Source: a virus (Duplodnaviria > Caudoviricetes). From it: DNA of 64,000 nucleotides. The notes under the pieces are model-generated. The model searched no databases. It saw only the letters and a program-made list of their open reading frames with translations, and was not told where the DNA came from. The position numbers and the translations under genes are program-made. Every line of letters begins with the position of its first letter. Position 1 is the first letter of the stretch. The stretch lies in IMG/VR virus record IMGVR_UViG_3300043173_000386, positions 7,344 to 71,343 of that record, one strand, 5' to 3'. This document shows positions 63,534-64,000 of the stretch, piece after piece.

Positions 63534-64000
63534 TGGCTGCTGAATTTGAAGAACTGACGGAAGAAGAACGCCTTCGTCAAGAAAGGTTGATTCTTGAGAA
63601 GGCTGGCCCACCGCTTAAACTGGCGCTACCGCCCGAGCTGCGCTTTGAAGGCCAGCCGTTTGCGATACCCGGCGCACCCGATCAGGCCGCAGTAGCCGAG
63701 CATGATCAGATCCGGATTGACGTTGCGCGGGAACAACTCGCTAAACCCTTTGGCGACGAAACACCAGAGGAACTCGCCAAGCTGCGCCGTGAGGCCAAGC
63801 TGGAACCGGAGAATGTGGCAGCGCCGGCGAACAATTTCCCGACCTTCACACCGCCGCCGCAAGTCTCAGGCAACGCCACAGAGCCTTTGTTTACGGCCTT
63901 TGGCACCGAGGAACCGGCGCCAGTGCCGACCGAACAGCCAGAGATTGATCTGGCAACTGTGTCGGATGCGGCCTTCAATGCCCCGTTACAGCCCGGCAGG
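63533..64000 (+). CDS. 3'-truncated protein, probable ejection/internal virion protein (not in ORF track)
   Basis: TAATG coupling; MAAEFEELTEEERLRQER... open to the window end. Confidence 0.7.
   Translation, partial: MAAEFEELTEEERLRQERLILEKAGPPLKLALPPELRFEGQPFAIPGAPDQAAVAEHDQIRIDVAREQLAKPFGDETPEELAKLRREAKLEPENVAAPANNFPTFTPPPQVSGNATEPLFTAFGTEEPAPVPTEQPEIDLATVSDAAFNAPLQPGR

Noticed and set aside
1-64000. Stop-codon reassignment, introns or inteins
   Set aside because: TAA, TAG and TGA all end genes at coupled junctions; terL, portal and capsid have ordinary lengths and no intein/HNH motifs.

Overview
The window is an incomplete genome of a tailed dsDNA phage, probably a podovirus of a Gram-negative host. 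The layout (giant DarB-like ejection protein, RecT, CsrA, P22-like portal, N4-gp56-type capsid) resembles Bcep22/F116-like phages as I recall them. It opens inside the giant gene and ends inside a probable ejection-protein gene. Modules: (1) 3-10531 (+): polyvalent MTase/Strawberry-notch helicase/JAB protein and the lysis cassette. (2) 10784-26974 (-): many small early genes, then a recombination block (AddB-like nuclease, RecT, CsrA, SMC-like ATPase). (3) 27073-64000 (+): Cro-like regulator, replication initiator with iteron-like repeats, RusA-like resolvase, terminase, small basic genes, portal, scaffold, capsid and a large tail/appendage region. That region holds four paralogous lectin-like proteins, two proline-rich repeat proteins and a 2OG-Fe(II) oxygenase. 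No integrase, polymerase, helicase-loader, tRNA, CRISPR array or reverse transcriptase was seen. The strongest unexplained signals are regulatory RNA elements. The phage encodes two CsrA-fold proteins. Eight early genes have double or triple (CA)GGA leaders resembling CsrB repeats. Four intergenic leaders carry a covarying CGC-AUGA-GUG hairpin. A ~200-nt multi-branch, pseudoknotted RNA candidate lies between the convergent lysis and recombination operons. All family assignments come from motif recognition by eye; no searches or folding programs were run.
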